Made by a program: the position numbers and the translations under genes
Shown here: positions 62,006-64,000 of the stretch, one piece after another
Layout of the letters: every line of letters starts with the position of its first letter
Position numbering within the stretch: position 1 is the first letter of the stretch
Notes under the pieces: model-generated
The model's input: only the letters and a program-made list of their open reading frames with translations
Databases searched by the model: none
What the model was told of the DNA's origin: nothing
NCBI GenBank assembly: GCA_965218975.1
Contig: OZ244717.1
Location: 992,001 to 1,056,000 of the forward strand
Length of the DNA stretch: 64,000 nucleotides
Reading direction: 5' to 3'
DNA from: Candidatus Oxydemutatoraceae bacterium
GTDB taxonomy: Bacteria > Pseudomonadota > Gammaproteobacteria > Poriferisulfidales > Oxydemutatoraceae

Positions 62006-63123
62006 ACCAGTCCTTCCATCTTTGAGACAGATGAAATTTTTATGCCTAAGTAATCGGCGACTTGCTCTCGACTAATTTGTTGCTGATAGTATTTGGCAAA
62101 TACGGTATCTATGTATTTTTTACCGAGGTAGGCTTTTTGAGCCAGAAAGTAATTTCCTCTGCTCTTCTTTTTAACAGGAGGAGATTTTCTTCTTTGGGCA
62201 ATTTTTGCCTCGTATCCCCGCGAAGAAATAAGATTTCTATCCCTAAATTTTCTCAGAATAACCTCATAACTCACCTTGTATTTTTTGGCTATTCCATTGA
62301 TTGCGTTATCGTCGGGCAATGAAGAATAATTTAATCCTTCCGACGGCACAAGAAAATGCCCCGCAAAAGCATTGCAAAAGACCTCTTCGTTTTTATAGTC
62401 TCCGGTTAATTCGGGAGGCGCAATGCCAAAATCAATACCTCCGTCTCTTCTGAGGATATGTCCTAACTCATGAAAGAGAGTAAATATTTGTCGCTCTTTT
62501 GCTTGATTGTTGTTGATATAAATAATAGGGAACTTCCTGTCGTAAATACAAAAACCGCAATAACCGTTATTATTAAAACTATCCTTAAATACCCAAATAC
62601 CTACACCTTCAACAGCTTCTCGCCATTTGTTTAAAGCTTCATCCGCATTTTTCCACGATATTTGATCTTGCAGAGAAAGACCTAAGTAATTTCTTACTTT
62701 CTCTGCCAGTGTTTCAGGATTTTGTATATCTTCGTCAATATTCCAATTGAATACTTTTACTTCTTGTTGCGATCCTATATTGAGCTCTTCCAAATCCATT
62801 TGTCTAACCTTTGCTTTCCTAACCAAATAGCGAATTTTAGGGGGTATGTCTGCGTTAACCCGGTCCGGTAGAGAACGAAATTCTTTTTTTATAGGCTGCT
62901 CTTGCGGAGGTTCAGGAAAGAAAAATAAAGCAACAGGTCTTTTATATAATTCCGACAGTTTTTTTAGTTGGGGGTAAGTGGGTTGCGACTCGCCGCTTTC
63001 CCATTGGTTAAGTTTTTCTAAATCAACCGTTTTAAGCTTCAAATGCTCTATAACTTCTTCCTGGCTATAGCCAATGCTTTCTCTAGCCCATTTTAATACT
63101 GTCGTTTCAGCTGAATTATTCAT
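62002..63123 (-). CDS. XRE-HTH plus ImmA/IrrE metallopeptidase
   Basis: LKWARE..G, WESGESQPT HTH; FTLFHELGH (HExxH); E.FCNAFAG.FL. Confidence 0.9.
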   Translation of the reverse strand: MNNSAETTVLKWARESIGYSQEEVIEHLKLKTVDLEKLNQWESGESQPTYPQLKKLSELYKRPVALFFFPEPPQEQPIKKEFRSLPDRVNADIPPKIRYLVRKAKVRQMDLEELNIGSQQEVKVFNWNIDEDIQNPETLAEKVRNYLGLSLQDQISWKNADEALNKWREAVEGVGIWVFKDSFNNNGYCGFCIYDRKFPIIYINNNQAKERQIFTLFHELGHILRRDGGIDFGIAPPELTGDYKNEEVFCNAFAGHFLVPSEGLNYSSLPDDNAINGIAKKYKVSYEVILRKFRDRNLISSRGYEAKIAQRRKSPPVKKKSRGNYFLAQKAYLGKKYIDTVFAKYYQQQISREQVADYLGIKISSVSKMEGLV

Positions 63124-63590
63124 AGCTCACTCTTTTATAATGACTATCTCTTTCTCCTAACATATCAATGATTTTCACCGCAACTTTACCTTTGCCTTCT
63201 ATTGGACATTTCCCTTGTGCTAAATCCCTTTTCTTCTTGGGAACATCGCCATAGACAATATTAAAGACTTTACCGTTGTAATCATTGTCTATTAAAACAC
63301 AATCAATCATTGCTCTAAAATCTTTTATCTCGGAAGCAAAAATGCTCTTATCGTGATACAGTCTTTTGATAGTGGCAGGATTGATTAAATTCTCTATGGT
63401 GATGCCTTTCTTTTTACCAGGGTTTATTTTTTGCTTGACATGGCTCAAATAAGAATAGGTCTTTCCGGCTTTGAACTGGGCTTTCTCAAATACTTAAAAT
63501 TAGATCTTTTCGGCTATTGCGCGAGGATAGTTTTCGTTCCGCCAAGTTTTCACTTCGGTTTTTAGTTCTTTAAGGTGAGCACGTAAATCG
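63116..63590 (-). pseudogene. Collapsed type III-like R-M scar: Res-like start fragment fused to a methyltransferase C-terminus
   Basis: EVKTWRNENYPRAIAE..YLRK/AQF..KTY.YL (frameshifted), then DFRAMIDCVLIDNDYNGKVFNIV...VAVKIIDMLGE; no catalytic motifs remain. Confidence 0.5.
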
Positions 63591-63786
63591 GGCGGACGTT
63601 GTGTTTGGCGCTGGCGGTGTGGTGCGGTCAATGCTCTTTTCAGAGTAGTAATCTACTCTCATTGAGTAAATCGTTTGCCTTTCATCGTTAAATAAATTGC
63701 ACGGAAAATCTATTAATTATTTTGGCTACTTTTATGAGAAGAAAGTCAAAGAATATAAAAATTCCCCGAGCGTTGAAATTGAAAAA

Positions 63787-63876
63787 TGGCGGAGAGGGAG
63801 GGATTCGAACCCCCGGACCCTGTGAAGGATCAATGGTTTTCAAGACCATCGCTTTCGACCGCTCAGCCACCTCTCC
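63787..63876 (-). tRNA. tRNA-Ser(TGA)
   Basis: 90-nt GGAGAGG...CTCTCCGCCA with long variable arm, anticodon loop CTTGAAA, GGTTCGAATCC. Confidence 0.95.
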
Positions 63877-64000
63877 CTTTGTTCGTTATCGGGGGTTTAT
63901 AAAAACCGTATTAATTGATCCGTACTACCTAACCCTAATTGAGGGTGTATGGAACTAGAATTATATGTTGAACAAATATTTCTCAATAGTATGCATAGTA

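Noticed and set aside
63688-63958. ORFs MAERSKAMVLKT... and MATFMRRK...
   Set aside because: They are translations of the tRNA-Ser gene and its complement.

Overview
Gammaproteobacterial-type chromosome segment. About 1-37.2 kb is housekeeping: thiC (partial), a BtuB-like TonB receptor, btuF, slt, metY, adk, trpS-scpA-scpB-rluB, two ThDP enzymes plus an aldehyde dehydrogenase, pcnB-folK-dNK-panBCD, ppc, pgi, queG, nnr-tsaE-amiB, a RibD-like gene and mutL. At 7.4-8.5 kb an IS481-family remnant is interrupted by an array of a small double-hairpin element. Right after mutL a visibly GC-richer defence island (~37.2-59.3 kb) begins. Its left half is a decaying type I R-M/SIR2/Fic cluster ending in a 3 x ~302-bp tandem repeat built on the same hairpin element. 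Its right half is an intact, tightly coupled six-gene operon: SNF2-DUF3883 helicase-nuclease, PHP-ABC ATPase, AlbA/Schlafen-like protein, UvrD helicase, DUF1156 adenine methyltransferase and DUF499 ATPase. The window ends with msrA, an internally deleted ptrB, an amber-interrupted thpR, tRNA-Ala(CGC), an AT-rich islet (XRE-ImmA/IrrE, DUF4411-like PIN, R-M scar) and tRNA-Ser(TGA). The best candidates for undescribed biology are the six-gene composite defence operon and the ~70-bp palindromic element that appears to amplify neighbouring DNA. All family assignments come from motif recognition by eye; no searches were run.
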